A DNA stretch of 64,000 nucleotides from Chloroflexota bacterium (GCA_025355955.1 JANXYP010000278.1:284-64283); one strand, 5' to 3'. Shown: positions 1-9,839, counted from the stretch's first letter. The notes: generated from the sequence alone by a model not told the origin. Made by a program: numbers and translations.

Positions 1-11
1 GCTAATTCCTG

Positions 12-185
12 AGGTGCGCGTCACGTTTTTGCATACCCAACCAGGGCGGGCCACCGCCCGCCCCTACGTTTACCCAATGACTTGTTTCACATCCGAGTGA
101 TGTTCATAGTATTGCGATGCCCACCGGGGCGAACGCCATTCGCCCCTACATCAGCTACGAAATTGCAATTTGATGAAATCGCACC
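12..185. repeat. Cluster of REP hairpins within composite inverted-repeat elements
   Basis: cagggcgggccaccgcccgcccctac (42-67) and ggggcgaacgccattcgcccctac; 109-185 recurs inverted at about 1226-1300. Confidence 0.8.
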
Positions 186-620
186 CTAATTCCCCAACTT
201 CTGTTCGTACAGGTCTATGAAGGCTACCCCTCGGTCTGCCTGGTAGTTTATGTCGAGGGTTACCTCCCACTCTCCATCCTGGCTTTCGTAAACGGCGCGG
301 CGGAGGTCGGGGGTAGAGGCAATCTTATCGTTCAGCACTATCCATCCTGTGCTAGTAAACTCCTTTTGATAGAAGGCAGTGATTTGCGTAAGGGTAGCCC
401 CTTGCATCTGCATATGTACTTCGTAGCTGCTGCCGTTGTCTACCGTCTGAGTCACGTGCGCGCCCGGGTACACCGCCAGCTTGGGCGGCTGTGGTTTGGG
501 GCTGAAGAATAGCACGAAGAACACCACCAGCGCGGCCAGCGCCAATCCGCCCAGGATGAACCTCCTGAGTCGAGGGCTGACTGGCGGCACGGTTTTAACT
601 TGTGATGAGGATCTCGCCAT
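186..620 (-). CDS. Hypothetical protein with a single N-terminal TM anchor
   Basis: 144-aa ORF; hydrophobic FILGGLALAALVVFFVLFF then a soluble domain; overlaps the ppa stop by 26 nt, suggesting an operon. Confidence 0.7.
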   Translation of the reverse strand: MARSSSQVKTVPPVSPRLRRFILGGLALAALVVFFVLFFSPKPQPPKLAVYPGAHVTQTVDNGSSYEVHMQMQGATLTQITAFYQKEFTSTGWIVLNDKIASTPDLRRAVYESQDGEWEVTLDINYQADRGVAFIDLYEQKLGN

Positions 621-1152
621 TTGCTACCTTCTTCTGGTACAAATCAATTGCATAGTTGATGCGCTCCCATGCCACCTCGCGGCCCTCCCAGCCCTTTGCC
701 TCGGTGGTGATGCCCTCCAGATCCTTGTATACGCTGAAGAAGTGGGTCACCTCTTTCATATAGAATGGTGGCAACGAGGCGAGGTCATGAAACTCGGCGA
801 AATATGGATCACGCTCCAGCACCGCCAGGATCTTGTCGTCGTGCTGGCCGTGGTCAATCAGATGGAAGATGCCAACTGGGCGCGCCTCCACGATGCAGCC
901 GGGGAAGGTGGGATTGTTGGTCAGCACCAGCACATCGAGCGGGTCGCCATCGTCGTAGTAGGTTTGGGGAACAAGCCCATAGTCGCCGGGGTAGTATACC
1001 GATGCGTGCAGCACGCGATCGAGCTTAATCGCGCCGGTCGGCTTGTGCAACTCGTATTTCATGTTACTGCCACGGGGGATCTCCACTACCACATTGATTA
1101 CTTGGGGCGTTCGCCCTTCAGGGCCAGGCGCGAGTTCGTGCCATAGGTTCAT
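595..1152 (-). CDS. ppa: Inorganic pyrophosphatase (family I)
   Basis: VVEIPRGS..KYE, YPGDYG and DGDPLDVLV motifs; start at MNLWHE (1152) with a GAGGAG RBS. Confidence 0.95.
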   Translation of the reverse strand: MNLWHELAPGPEGRTPQVINVVVEIPRGSNMKYELHKPTGAIKLDRVLHASVYYPGDYGLVPQTYYDDGDPLDVLVLTNNPTFPGCIVEARPVGIFHLIDHGQHDDKILAVLERDPYFAEFHDLASLPPFYMKEVTHFFSVYKDLEGITTEAKGWEGREVAWERINYAIDLYQKKVANGEILITS

Positions 1153-1225
1153 GCTTTTGCTCTCCTCGTCGAACATCTAGATGTTAAGCGAGTATAGCAC
1201 AGTACCGCGCCCGGCTGCAAGTTGC

Positions 1226-1505
1226 GGATGTGATTCATCAAATTGCAATTGCATAGCTGGTGTAGGGGCGGATGACGTTTACCCTGATGCGCGATCGCAT
1301 TATAGTGAACGGCGGGTGTGCATCACGTTCTTGTAAATAATGGTTCAGTAGGGGCGAACCGTTGTTCGCCCTGGTCGGGTATGCAAAAACGTGACGCGCA
1401 CCTGTGAACTGCACGGGTGTGCATCACGTTCTTGTAAATAATGGTTCAGTAGGGGCGGGCCACCGCCCGCCCCTACGTTTACCCAATAACTAGTAACACA
1501 CCCGA
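1226..1505. repeat. Three REP-containing composite elements
   Basis: ggtgtgcatcacgttcttgtaaataatggttcagtaggggcg duplicated at about 1315 and 1417; closing arms similar to those at 12-100, 30257-30345 and 62017-62302. Confidence 0.8.
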
Positions 1506-1582
1506 ACTGCACCCGCAAGTTGCCCGCGCCGCCATGATTGTGGTAAAATAGCGAACAGCTATTTTACATATCAGGAGCAACC

Positions 1583-2890
1583 ATGTCCCGCATCATCGAG
1601 ATTGACCCGCGCACCCTGCTCATCCTGGTCGGCGTATCGGGCAGCGGCAAGAGTACTCTGGTACGCCGCTTCTTCCCCGAAACCGCGATTGTCGCTACTG
1701 ACCGCTGCCGGGCGCTCATCTCCGACGACGAGAGCAACCAGGCGGTTTCCGGCCCTGCTTTCGAGCTATTCTACAGCATCATTGATAAGCGGCTGGCGCT
1801 GGGGCGCACCACGGTTGCTGATAGCACCGCGCTGCGGGCCGAGTACCGCACCGCCCTGCGCGAGCTTGCCCGTAAGCACAACTTCGCCGCCATCGTCCTC
1901 GCCTTCGACGTGCTGGAGGAGCTTGCCAACCAGCGGGATCGTGGTCGCAATCGCCGGGTCGGCTCGCTGGTGATCAGTCGCCAGACCGATGCCTTTCGCA
2001 ACTCGCTGCCCCTGCTGGCTGATGAAGGCATGGATGCGGTTTATACTCTCGGCCCTGCTGACCTCGACGCGCTGGAAATCAGCGTGCGCGACATCACCAC
2101 AGGCGGCGATGGCCCGTTCGACTTCATTGGCGACGTGCATGGCTGCGCCGACGAACTCGAGGAGCTGCTTAAGCAACTCGGCTACGTCAATACCGCCCAG
2201 CTCACCTATATCCACCCCGAAGGCCGCCGCGTCGTCTTCATCGGCGACATCACCGATCGGGGGCCGCGCAGTATTGAAGCCTTCCGCATCGTTCTCAACA
2301 TGGTTGCCGCTGGCAGCGCGCTCTTCACTCCCGGCAACCACTGCAACAAGCTGATGCGCTGGCTGATGGGCCACAATGTACACATCGGCTTCGGGATGGA
2401 GACAACTATCGCGGAGTTCGACTCGCTGCCGACTGCCGAGCGAGAGGAGTTCCGTCAACAGATCATTGCTCTGGTCAGCAAATCACCCGCCTATTTGATG
2501 CTCGATAGCGGGCGGGTGGTGGCCTGTCATGCCGGTATCAAAGAAGACATGATTGGAAGGCAAGGCAAGGATGTAGTATCCATGTGCCTATATGGTGATA
2601 CTACTGGGGAAACTACTGCCGAGGGCCTGCCGGTGCGCCGCGACTGGGCGGCCAACTATCAGGGCTGGCGCTTCATCGTCTACGGCCACACGCCGGTGCG
2701 TACGCCGCAGATACGCAACAACACCATCAATATTGACCAGGGTTGCGCCTTCGGCGGTTGGCTGACCGCCTTCCGCTGGCCGGAGCGCACCCATATGCAG
2801 GTGCCAGCCTATCGTGTCTACTACAACCGCCATCTCCCCGCGCTAGGTCAGGACGAACGATTCGGCCCCGAAGCGCTGATACCTCGCTGA
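1583..2890 (+). CDS. Polynucleotide kinase-phosphatase-like protein (P-loop kinase plus metallophosphoesterase, no ligase domain)
   Basis: GVSGSGKST P-loop; GDVHGC, GDITDRGP and GNH calcineurin-like motifs; 435 aa. Confidence 0.85.
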   Translation: MSRIIEIDPRTLLILVGVSGSGKSTLVRRFFPETAIVATDRCRALISDDESNQAVSGPAFELFYSIIDKRLALGRTTVADSTALRAEYRTALRELARKHNFAAIVLAFDVLEELANQRDRGRNRRVGSLVISRQTDAFRNSLPLLADEGMDAVYTLGPADLDALEISVRDITTGGDGPFDFIGDVHGCADELEELLKQLGYVNTAQLTYIHPEGRRVVFIGDITDRGPRSIEAFRIVLNMVAAGSALFTPGNHCNKLMRWLMGHNVHIGFGMETTIAEFDSLPTAEREEFRQQIIALVSKSPAYLMLDSGRVVACHAGIKEDMIGRQGKDVVSMCLYGDTTGETTAEGLPVRRDWAANYQGWRFIVYGHTPVRTPQIRNNTINIDQGCAFGGWLTAFRWPERTHMQVPAYRVYYNRHLPALGQDERFGPEALIPR

Positions 2891-2950
2891 ATTGCAGATT
2901 TAAGATTAAGAATAGCCGCAAAGCGTTGTTGCGGCGTGAAGAGGTGAGTT

Positions 2951-3044
2951 ATACCCAATAGCTTTGGTGAGAGTGTAAATTGAACCAGGGCGAACAACGG
3001 TTCGCCCCTACAGAAAATACACCATCTCCTCGGCTAATTGGTAT
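2951..3044. mobile_element. About 93-bp MITE-like element (ATACCAATTAGC...GCTAATTGGTAT arms) enclosing a REP hairpin
   Basis: Similar copies at 17420-17513, 23422-23514, 27109-27201 and 62125-62218, and four at 45418-45822. Confidence 0.75.
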
Positions 3045-3068
3045 TACACTCGCCCTACGGAGAAAGTA

Positions 3069-3536
3069 ATGATCGATGACATTGACGCGGAGATCCTCGC
3101 CCGCTTGCAGGATGATGCCCGCATCCCGCTCTCGCAGGTGGCCGAGCAGATCGGACTTGCTACCAGTTCAGTACATGAGCGGGTACGAAAGCTGGAGAGT
3201 CGCGGTATCATCCAGGGCTATCGCCCTATCCTTGATGCCGAGGCGCTCAACTCAGGCGTGACCGCCATTGTGCAACTTAGCCAGATGGGCGGCACCACCC
3301 ACGACGTTGACCTACACGCACGGCTGGCCGAGTTCGTCGAAGTGGAAGATTGCTACGGAGTGGCCGGTGAGGACGACTACGTGCTGAAGGTGCGTACCAG
3401 CACCACCCGCGACCTCGAAATGTTGCTCAAGCGGCTGAACACTATTCCCAGCGTCTCGCGCACCCGCACCACCGTTATCCTCAACACCTACTTCGAGCAT
3501 CGCCCCTTCCCCATCCGCCCCGAAAAGCGGGACTAG
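3069..3536 (+). CDS. Lrp/AsnC family transcriptional regulator
   Basis: N-terminal DDIDAEILARLQDDARIP HTH, GIIQGY, and a C-terminal AsnC ligand domain. Confidence 0.93.
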   Translation: MIDDIDAEILARLQDDARIPLSQVAEQIGLATSSVHERVRKLESRGIIQGYRPILDAEALNSGVTAIVQLSQMGGTTHDVDLHARLAEFVEVEDCYGVAGEDDYVLKVRTSTTRDLEMLLKRLNTIPSVSRTRTTVILNTYFEHRPFPIRPEKRD

Positions 3537-3639
3537 CCACCAGTGCTGAGTGCTGACTGCTGAGTGTTAATTGTGAATTATGAATGATGCTTGATCGCGC
3601 CCAGGTGAAGCGCATCCACGCTTAAAGGAGAACATCAAT

Positions 3640-4662
3640 ATGAGAGTAGTGATCGTCGCAGGCGGGATGGGAACGCGGATGCGCCCGCACACCTTCAGCC
3701 ACACCAAGGCGCTGGTCAACGTGGCGGGCAAGCCGGTGCTGGGCCATATTTTGGACGAACTGTTGCAGATACCGATCGAGCAGGTTGTCTTCATCACTGG
3801 CTACCTCGGCCACCAGATCGAGCCATACGTCAAGGAAGCATATCCCGATCTAAAGGCCGCCTATGTGGAGCAGCCGGTGCCACTGGGCCAGAGCCACGCG
3901 ATCAAGCTGGCGGCAGAGTATCTGGTTGGCCCGTGCATCGTGATGTTCGCCGACACCCTGTTCGAGGCCGACCTGCTACAGTTGCCCACCGTCAAACATG
4001 ATGGCGTAGCCTTTGTGCAGCCAGTGGCAGACCCGGCCCGCTTCGGCATCGCCGTGCCTGGCTTCGACGGTTACGTGGCGAAGCTGGTGGAGAAGCCGCA
4101 GCAGCCGGAGTCCGACCTGGCGGTAATCGGCCTTTACTACTTCCGCGAGGGTGAGTGGCTGGCGCGGGCGGTCAACGACCTGATTGAGCGTGACATCAAG
4201 ACTAAGGGCGAGTTCTACCTGGCCGACGCGATCCAAATTATGATCGACGAGGGCGCGAAACTCTCCACCAGCATTGCCGAGGTGTGGGAGGATACCGGCA
4301 CGCCCTACGCCCTGTTGCACAGCAACCGTTACCTGCTGCGCCGCCATAACCAGCATGGCGAGGCACCCTACCTTCACGGCAGCAGCGTGGTCATCCCCCC
4401 CTGCTACATCCACGACTCCGCCACGTTGGAGCAGAGCATAATTGGCCCCTATGCCACCATCAACGCAGGTGTGACGGTGCGGGGCAGCATCGTGCGTAAT
4501 GCAATCATCAACGCCGGGGCGCAACTGCACAACGTGGCGCTGTCAGCTTCGATCGTGGGCGAGAAGGCTAGCGTGCGTGATGCCTACAAGACGCTCAACG
4601 TGGGCGACAATTCTGAAGTCACTGCCGAAACCTCCGAGGAGATTGATGAGACCTTCAAATAG
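3640..4662 (+). CDS. Sugar-1-phosphate nucleotidyltransferase (long glucose-1-P thymidylyltransferase type)
   Basis: AGGMGTRMRPHT, EQPVPLGQSHA and LVEKP motifs; C-terminal left-handed beta-helix repeats. Confidence 0.9.
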   Translation: MRVVIVAGGMGTRMRPHTFSHTKALVNVAGKPVLGHILDELLQIPIEQVVFITGYLGHQIEPYVKEAYPDLKAAYVEQPVPLGQSHAIKLAAEYLVGPCIVMFADTLFEADLLQLPTVKHDGVAFVQPVADPARFGIAVPGFDGYVAKLVEKPQQPESDLAVIGLYYFREGEWLARAVNDLIERDIKTKGEFYLADAIQIMIDEGAKLSTSIAEVWEDTGTPYALLHSNRYLLRRHNQHGEAPYLHGSSVVIPPCYIHDSATLEQSIIGPYATINAGVTVRGSIVRNAIINAGAQLHNVALSASIVGEKASVRDAYKTLNVGDNSEVTAETSEEIDETFK

Positions 4663-4726
4663 CGACGAACCTGGCGGGCGGGTGCAGCCTCACTACCTGG
4701 GCAGCGTCATCAACGCGCAAGGTGAG

Positions 4727-5506
4727 ATGAAGGAGCCTCTGGGCGCACTCATTTTGCACGGCTTCACCAGCAGCCTGGACACGGTGCGGGCGCTGGAGCC
4801 GATGGTGGAGAGGCTGGGCTTGCCCTATCGGATGCCGGTGCTGCGCGGCCACAACACCTATTACAAGAACTTGCAGGGGGTGGGCTGGCCGGAGTGGTAC
4901 GCCGATGCCGAAGCCGCGCTGAAGGACTTGCTCAATGAGGTCGACCGCGCGGTTATCCTCGGCCTCAGTGTGGGCGGGCTAATTACCCTTGACCTTGCCA
5001 CCCGCTACACCGCCCGCCTGGCCGGTATCACCACCATCGCCGCCGCGCTGCGCTACCTCAGCCCGCTGACCAAGATGACCCCGCTGCTGGCCGCCATCCT
5101 GCCGGAGTTCAACTCGCCCAACGCCTTCAACGACAAGGAACTGGCGAAGCGCAGCACCAACTACAAGAAGTTCCCCACCAGGAGCTTCAAGTCGGCCTGG
5201 GAGTATGCCAAACTGGTGGAGCAGAAGCTGCCCCAGGTGCGTACCCCCATCCTGGTACTCGCCTCGCGCAAGGACAACATCATCGCCCCCTCCGCCGCAA
5301 TGACCATCTACGAGCGGGTCAGCACCCCCGACGACCAGAAGCAGATCGTCTGGTTCGAGCGCAGCGGTCACGAGATGCTGCAAGATATGGAGGCCGCCAC
5401 AGTGGTGAAGACCATCGAGGATTGGCTGGTGGATGATATTGGTGCGGTGCGGGGGTTATCGGGAGAGCCTTATGACTATTCAGTATCGTCTCCTCGAACC
5501 TGGTGA
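4727..5506 (+). CDS. Alpha/beta hydrolase (carboxylesterase/monoacylglycerol lipase type)
   Basis: LILHGFTS, GLSVGG nucleophile elbow, SGH catalytic His; start chosen at MKEPL. Confidence 0.88.
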   Translation: MKEPLGALILHGFTSSLDTVRALEPMVERLGLPYRMPVLRGHNTYYKNLQGVGWPEWYADAEAALKDLLNEVDRAVILGLSVGGLITLDLATRYTARLAGITTIAAALRYLSPLTKMTPLLAAILPEFNSPNAFNDKELAKRSTNYKKFPTRSFKSAWEYAKLVEQKLPQVRTPILVLASRKDNIIAPSAAMTIYERVSTPDDQKQIVWFERSGHEMLQDMEAATVVKTIEDWLVDDIGAVRGLSGEPYDYSVSSPRTW

Positions 5507-5750
5507 AGAAGAAGCAGCCATCGCCTTCTGGACAGGGTTCGTGATGAACAGCCGCATGAAAGACCGGATACGCAACATAGATAGCTATGAAGAGAAGCTG
5601 TCGCGTAGCTCTATCCCTCTAGTAGAGCTTACTGAAGCAGTAGCTATCGGCCGCCAACGTGAGCAGTCACATATTCGTAATGGCTGGGCTAGCCATCTCC
5701 GCACCATCCCACTCCATCCTTTGCTAATGCGAGGCAAGCTTAATGTATAA
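5472..5750 (+). pseudogene. Possible truncated GNAT-like fragment or hypothetical protein
   Basis: MTIQYRLLEPGEEEAAIAFW resembles GNAT N-termini, but the rest is AT-richer and has no acetyl-CoA motif. Confidence 0.3.
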
Positions 5751-6079
5751 AAATGTGTTGGAGAAGATGCGGCAATGTATTCACCAAAGGCTGTATCTAA
5801 CGAGAACACATGCAGTTAAGGCTTTGGACGATGATTATCTGGCCCCTGATGACGCAATCCGGGCAATCTTTAATGGATGATTATCTGGCCCCTGATGACG
5901 CAATCCGGGCAATCTTTAATGGTATAATCATAAAACGTCAATGGGAGAATCAGGAAGGCGAATACAAATACCTCATTCAAGGAAGACTAGCTACTGGCGG
6001 CGAGATTGTTGTTGTGGCTAAAATTGAGCAAATTGAGCAAGTAGAATGGACGGCTATAATTACCGTTTACATGGTGTAA
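5743..6079 (+). pseudogene. DUF4258-like putative RNase toxin frameshifted by a 46-bp tandem duplication
   Basis: Removing one copy of 5830-5875/5876-5921 gives a 96-aa ORF: MYKNVLEKMRQCIHQRLYLTRTHAVKALDDDYLAPDDAIRAIFNGIIIKRQ...YKYLIQG...IITVY. Confidence 0.8.
5830..5921 (+). repeat. Perfect 46-bp tandem duplication
   Basis: gatgattatctggcccctgatgacgcaatccgggcaatctttaatg x2. Confidence 0.97.
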
Positions 6080-6093
6080 CCAAGGGGAAAGCA

Positions 6094-6444
6094 ATGATTT
6101 GCAAGAATTGTGGGCAAGAAGGCGCATACATTCATAAGACCACTGAAGCCTATGGTACAGGCGATCGGCTGGTGGTTATTGAAGACATACCCGTAATTAG
6201 CTGCCGCAACTGTGGGGTTGATTTGTTGTCGGCGGATACGCTCGACCATCTACATATGTTGATGACATATCTAAGGTCAAATCCCGCCAGCCGCGCTAAT
6301 GAACGAAGTGTGAAAGTTGCCAGCTTCCAGGAAAGCCCGCTTGCGGTGCAGGAAAGCGCCGCTGATCTGGCCCTTACTCGCAGTTTGTCTTCAACCTCAC
6401 AATATAGCATTGATAATAATACCAATATGACTTACACAGCATAG
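6094..6444 (+). CDS. YgiT/MqsA-type zinc-finger protein (putative antitoxin)
   Basis: CKNC...IEDIPVISCRNCG zinc finger directly downstream of the DUF4258-like gene. Confidence 0.8.
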   Translation: MICKNCGQEGAYIHKTTEAYGTGDRLVVIEDIPVISCRNCGVDLLSADTLDHLHMLMTYLRSNPASRANERSVKVASFQESPLAVQESAADLALTRSLSSTSQYSIDNNTNMTYTA

Positions 6445-6733
6445 CTTGTAGTACAACCACAGTAGGCACATATTAGCTTGCATTAAGTAGCAAGTTGAGC
6501 CTGTAGGCTGGCGCTATTAGCCTCAATGCCTTAGCTACTACCGTTCATGATGCTTAACTCCTATCCAATTGGGTTAGGTAATGGTGTAAATTGCACCAGG
6601 ACGGGCCACCGCCCGCCCCTACGAAAAACCACCTCTTCCAAACGTATTTGTTAGTAATAGTGAAGGGGCGCACCCACCTGGATGCGCCCCCCTTACAACC
6701 TTCAACAGATTTCAACTTTCAACTCACTACTCC

Positions 6734-7942
6734 CTACTTCTTCGGCGTTGGTGTGGCTGCCGCTGCGGCGGGGCCGTTCAGCACCTGGGCGGCCTGCGAT
6801 AGCACGCTGGCGGGGATGGTCACGCCCTGCTGCTGTGCGTAGAAAGTGTTGACGTAGAGCGCCGTCTTAGACTGCAGTTGGATTGGCATATTCTTGACCT
6901 GCTGCTGGCCGGTCAACGCTTCCCAGGCCATCAGCCCCACCTTGTGTCCCGAGTCCACATAGTCGAGGCCGTAAGCCAGGCACGCGCCGCGGGTGGCGGA
7001 GATGAAGTCGTTGCCGAACAAGGGGATTTTGGGGTTGTGGTCGGCCCCCGCCTGGGCGATGCCAGGCAGGCCGGTGACGACATAATTAGTGGTCGAGACG
7101 AAGAAGGCCTCCACCTGCTTGTCGGCAAGGGCATTGGCTGCCTCCACCAGGTTGACGTTCTTGGTCGCAGGCTGCTCGATGATGGTGAAGCCCAGCGAGG
7201 CGGCGGCGCGGTCGGCAATCACCCTGGTATAGACCGAGTTGGACTCATCAGGATTCCAGAGCAGGCCCACGTTCTTCACCTTGGGCAGCACCTCTTGCAG
7301 CAGCTTCAGCGCGTCAGTCACCGGGGGCGAGTCCTGAATGCCGGTTATGTTATCGGCATGGTCGGTAGCTGAGTTGGCGAACCGGGCAGTGCCGGGTACT
7401 GAGCCGTAGGGGTCGGAGACCGCGACGAAGAAGAGGGGCAACTTATTGCCCGCATCTGCCACCGCCTTCATTGCCGCTGCCGTTGCCGGGGTGCCAACCG
7501 CGATGATCGCATCGTAGCCAGCGGTGGGATCGGCAAAGGCCGCGCCGATCGCCGCCAGGTTGGTCGGGTCGAGGTTGCCATCCTTGATGTCGAAGTGAAT
7601 ATTCTGGCCCTCGCTGTACCCCTTCTCCTGGAAGGCCATGGTTACACCTTGAGTAGCAGCAATCAGCGCAGGCTGGTTGACTGTCTCGATTACGCCCACC
7701 TTCAGCGTCTTGCCGCCAGTGGCGCTGGTCGGGGTAATGACCATCGCTGGGGTGGTTGCCATTGCGCTGCCGCCCGTGCTGGTTGCGTTGGCGTTAGCGC
7801 TCTTGGTGGGCGTACCGCTCACTATCGCTGTGGGGCCGGGGGTGGGCGCGGGGCTGCTACCGAACAGATCACAGCCACTGATTACCAGCGACAGCGTCAG
7901 TATCGCCATTAGTGCCGTAGCCTTCTGCCAATTCCTACTCAT
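6734..7942 (-). CDS. ABC transporter substrate-binding lipoprotein (ABC_sub_bind type)
   Basis: Lipobox VISGC; FFVAVSDP, VGLLWNPDESNS, YGLDYVDSG. Confidence 0.88.
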   Translation of the reverse strand: MSRNWQKATALMAILTLSLVISGCDLFGSSPAPTPGPTAIVSGTPTKSANANATSTGGSAMATTPAMVITPTSATGGKTLKVGVIETVNQPALIAATQGVTMAFQEKGYSEGQNIHFDIKDGNLDPTNLAAIGAAFADPTAGYDAIIAVGTPATAAAMKAVADAGNKLPLFFVAVSDPYGSVPGTARFANSATDHADNITGIQDSPPVTDALKLLQEVLPKVKNVGLLWNPDESNSVYTRVIADRAAASLGFTIIEQPATKNVNLVEAANALADKQVEAFFVSTTNYVVTGLPGIAQAGADHNPKIPLFGNDFISATRGACLAYGLDYVDSGHKVGLMAWEALTGQQQVKNMPIQLQSKTALYVNTFYAQQQGVTIPASVLSQAAQVLNGPAAAAATPTPKK

Positions 7943-7992
7943 AGGTTCCTCCTTTGGCTGGGCGGGCATCGTGGCCCACCCGCTGTTTTGAT

Positions 7993-8784
7993 TTAGCCAA
8001 ACAACATCCGGTCGGATAGCAATTCCTGATTGCGACTGGTGAAGCGTGCCACCAGTTCGCTTGCGCTGGTGTGCGCCCGCTCTGCGCCACTCAGGTCGAG
8101 GATAATCTCGCCCTGGTGCATCATCAGCGTGCGATTGCCCATCGCCAACGCCATCGCCATGTTATGCGTTACCATCAGGGTAGTCAGCCCCTGCTGTACG
8201 ACGATCTGCTCGGTCAGCGCCGTGATGCGCGGGGCCGCCAGCGGATCAAGGGCAGCGGTATGCTCATCGAGCAGCAGCAGGTTAGGGCGGGCCAGGGTTG
8301 CCATCAGCATAGTGAGTGCCTGGCGCTGCCCACCACTGAGCAGGTTAACCCGCGTTCCCAGCCGCTGCTCCAGTCCCATGCCTAGCGAGTTCAGCCGCTC
8401 GCGGAACTGAGAGCGCATCTGGCGGTCGACTCCCCAGCCCAAACCGCGCCGTTTGCCACGCTGCAGCGCCAGGGCCAGGTTCTGCTCTACCGTCATCGCC
8501 CCGGCGGTGCCGAGCAGCGGGTCCTGAAACACCCGCCCCACCTGTGTTGCCCTGATGTATTCGGGCGTGTAAGTCACATCGCGCTCCGCAATGTTGATGC
8601 GTCCGCCATCCGGTTGATAGGCGCCCGCAATTAGGTTGAGCAGCGTACTCTTACCCGCGCCGTTCGAGCCGATAATCGTGGCGAACTCGCCCGCCGCCAT
8701 GCTCAGGTTCAGCCCACTGATCGCCTTTACCTGATGCGCGGTACCTGCGTTGAAGGTTTTACGCAGGTTGCTGATCTCCAGCAT
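7993..8784 (-). CDS. ABC transporter ATP-binding protein
   Basis: GSNGAGKST, LSGGQRQ, LLLDEHTAALDP. Confidence 0.95.
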   Translation of the reverse strand: MLEISNLRKTFNAGTAHQVKAISGLNLSMAAGEFATIIGSNGAGKSTLLNLIAGAYQPDGGRINIAERDVTYTPEYIRATQVGRVFQDPLLGTAGAMTVEQNLALALQRGKRRGLGWGVDRQMRSQFRERLNSLGMGLEQRLGTRVNLLSGGQRQALTMLMATLARPNLLLLDEHTAALDPLAAPRITALTEQIVVQQGLTTLMVTHNMAMALAMGNRTLMMHQGEIILDLSGAERAHTSASELVARFTSRNQELLSDRMLFG

Positions 8785-8789
8785 CTTGC

Positions 8790-8898
8790 CCTCTCCCAGC
8801 CTCCCCCGGTGGGGGAGGGGTTTGGTCTGCGTCCTCTCCCAGCCTCCCCCGGTGGGGGAGGGGTTTAGTCTGCGTCCTCTCCCAGCCTCCCCCGCTGG
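8790..8898. repeat. 43-bp tandem repeat (about 2.5 copies) containing the palindrome cctcccccggtgggggagg
   Basis: Units start at 8790, 8833 and 8876; the same 35 bp recurs at 14233-14267. Confidence 0.9.
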
Positions 8899-9839
8899 TG
8901 GGTGGGTAAATTAGCCGTGCTGCGCCGCTGGCCCAGGCGTTTGAACTGGCCGCCAATCTGTGGCAGAGCTAGCGCGAAGATGACCAGCAGGGCGGTGACA
9001 AGCTGGGTATCGGTCACTTGCACCTGTTGGGCGAGGGCGATCTGCACCGCGATGTGGTAGATGACGCTGCCCAGCAATGCGCCAATCAGCGCCCAACCTA
9101 CCGCCGCGCTGCGAACCACCACCTCGCCCAGTATCACCGCCGCCAGCCCGACCACGATGGCAGTATTACCCACGTTCGCGTCGGTGTAGCTGTTATTCTG
9201 CGCCACCAACGCGCCGCTGACCGCCACCATTCCATTGCTCACCGCCAGCAGCAACATCTTCATATTGTCGGTGTTGATGCCAACCGAGCGGGCCATTTGC
9301 TCGTTCACGCCAGTTGCCCGCATCGCCAACCCCAGTTGCGAGCTCATCAGCCAGTAGAGCAGTAGGGTCAGGACAATGGCGATTGCCGCCATGATGATGG
9401 CGCTGCGCTGCTGTACTGAGAGCGGCAGCCAGGCCAGCAGGTCGCGTAGCTGCGCCTCAGTGCCGTTGTAGAGTGACAATTCGCTGCGAATACCGCCCGC
9501 TGCGCCGATGCTCATCACCCGCAGGGTAATAGTATACAACCCTGTCATCACCAGGATGCTTGCCAGCAGCGCGTTGATCTTCAGCTTGGTGTGCAGCAGT
9601 CCGGTCGCCAGCCCCGCCAGCATCCCCACCAGCAGCGCGACCGGCAGGGTTGCCAGCGGCTGCCAGCCAGCGGCGGTAATCAGAATGCCGCTTACCGCGC
9701 CGCCGACTGCCAGGCTGCCCGCCACCGTCAAATCGGGCAGGTTCAGCACCCGAAACGACAGCCATATTCCTTGCGCCAACCCGCTGTAGGCCAGGCCGGT
9801 TGCCCCCGCCTGTATGTAGGTATCAGGATTAAACGCCAT
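8865..9839 (-). CDS. ABC transporter permease
   Basis: LNLPDLTVAGS, LLASILVMTGLY, GLAMRATG; start at MAFNP. Confidence 0.9.
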   Translation of the reverse strand: MAFNPDTYIQAGATGLAYSGLAQGIWLSFRVLNLPDLTVAGSLAVGGAVSGILITAAGWQPLATLPVALLVGMLAGLATGLLHTKLKINALLASILVMTGLYTITLRVMSIGAAGGIRSELSLYNGTEAQLRDLLAWLPLSVQQRSAIIMAAIAIVLTLLLYWLMSSQLGLAMRATGVNEQMARSVGINTDNMKMLLLAVSNGMVAVSGALVAQNNSYTDANVGNTAIVVGLAAVILGEVVVRSAAVGWALIGALLGSVIYHIAVQIALAQQVQVTDTQLVTALLVIFALALPQIGGQFKRLGQRRSTANLPTHQRGRLGEDAD

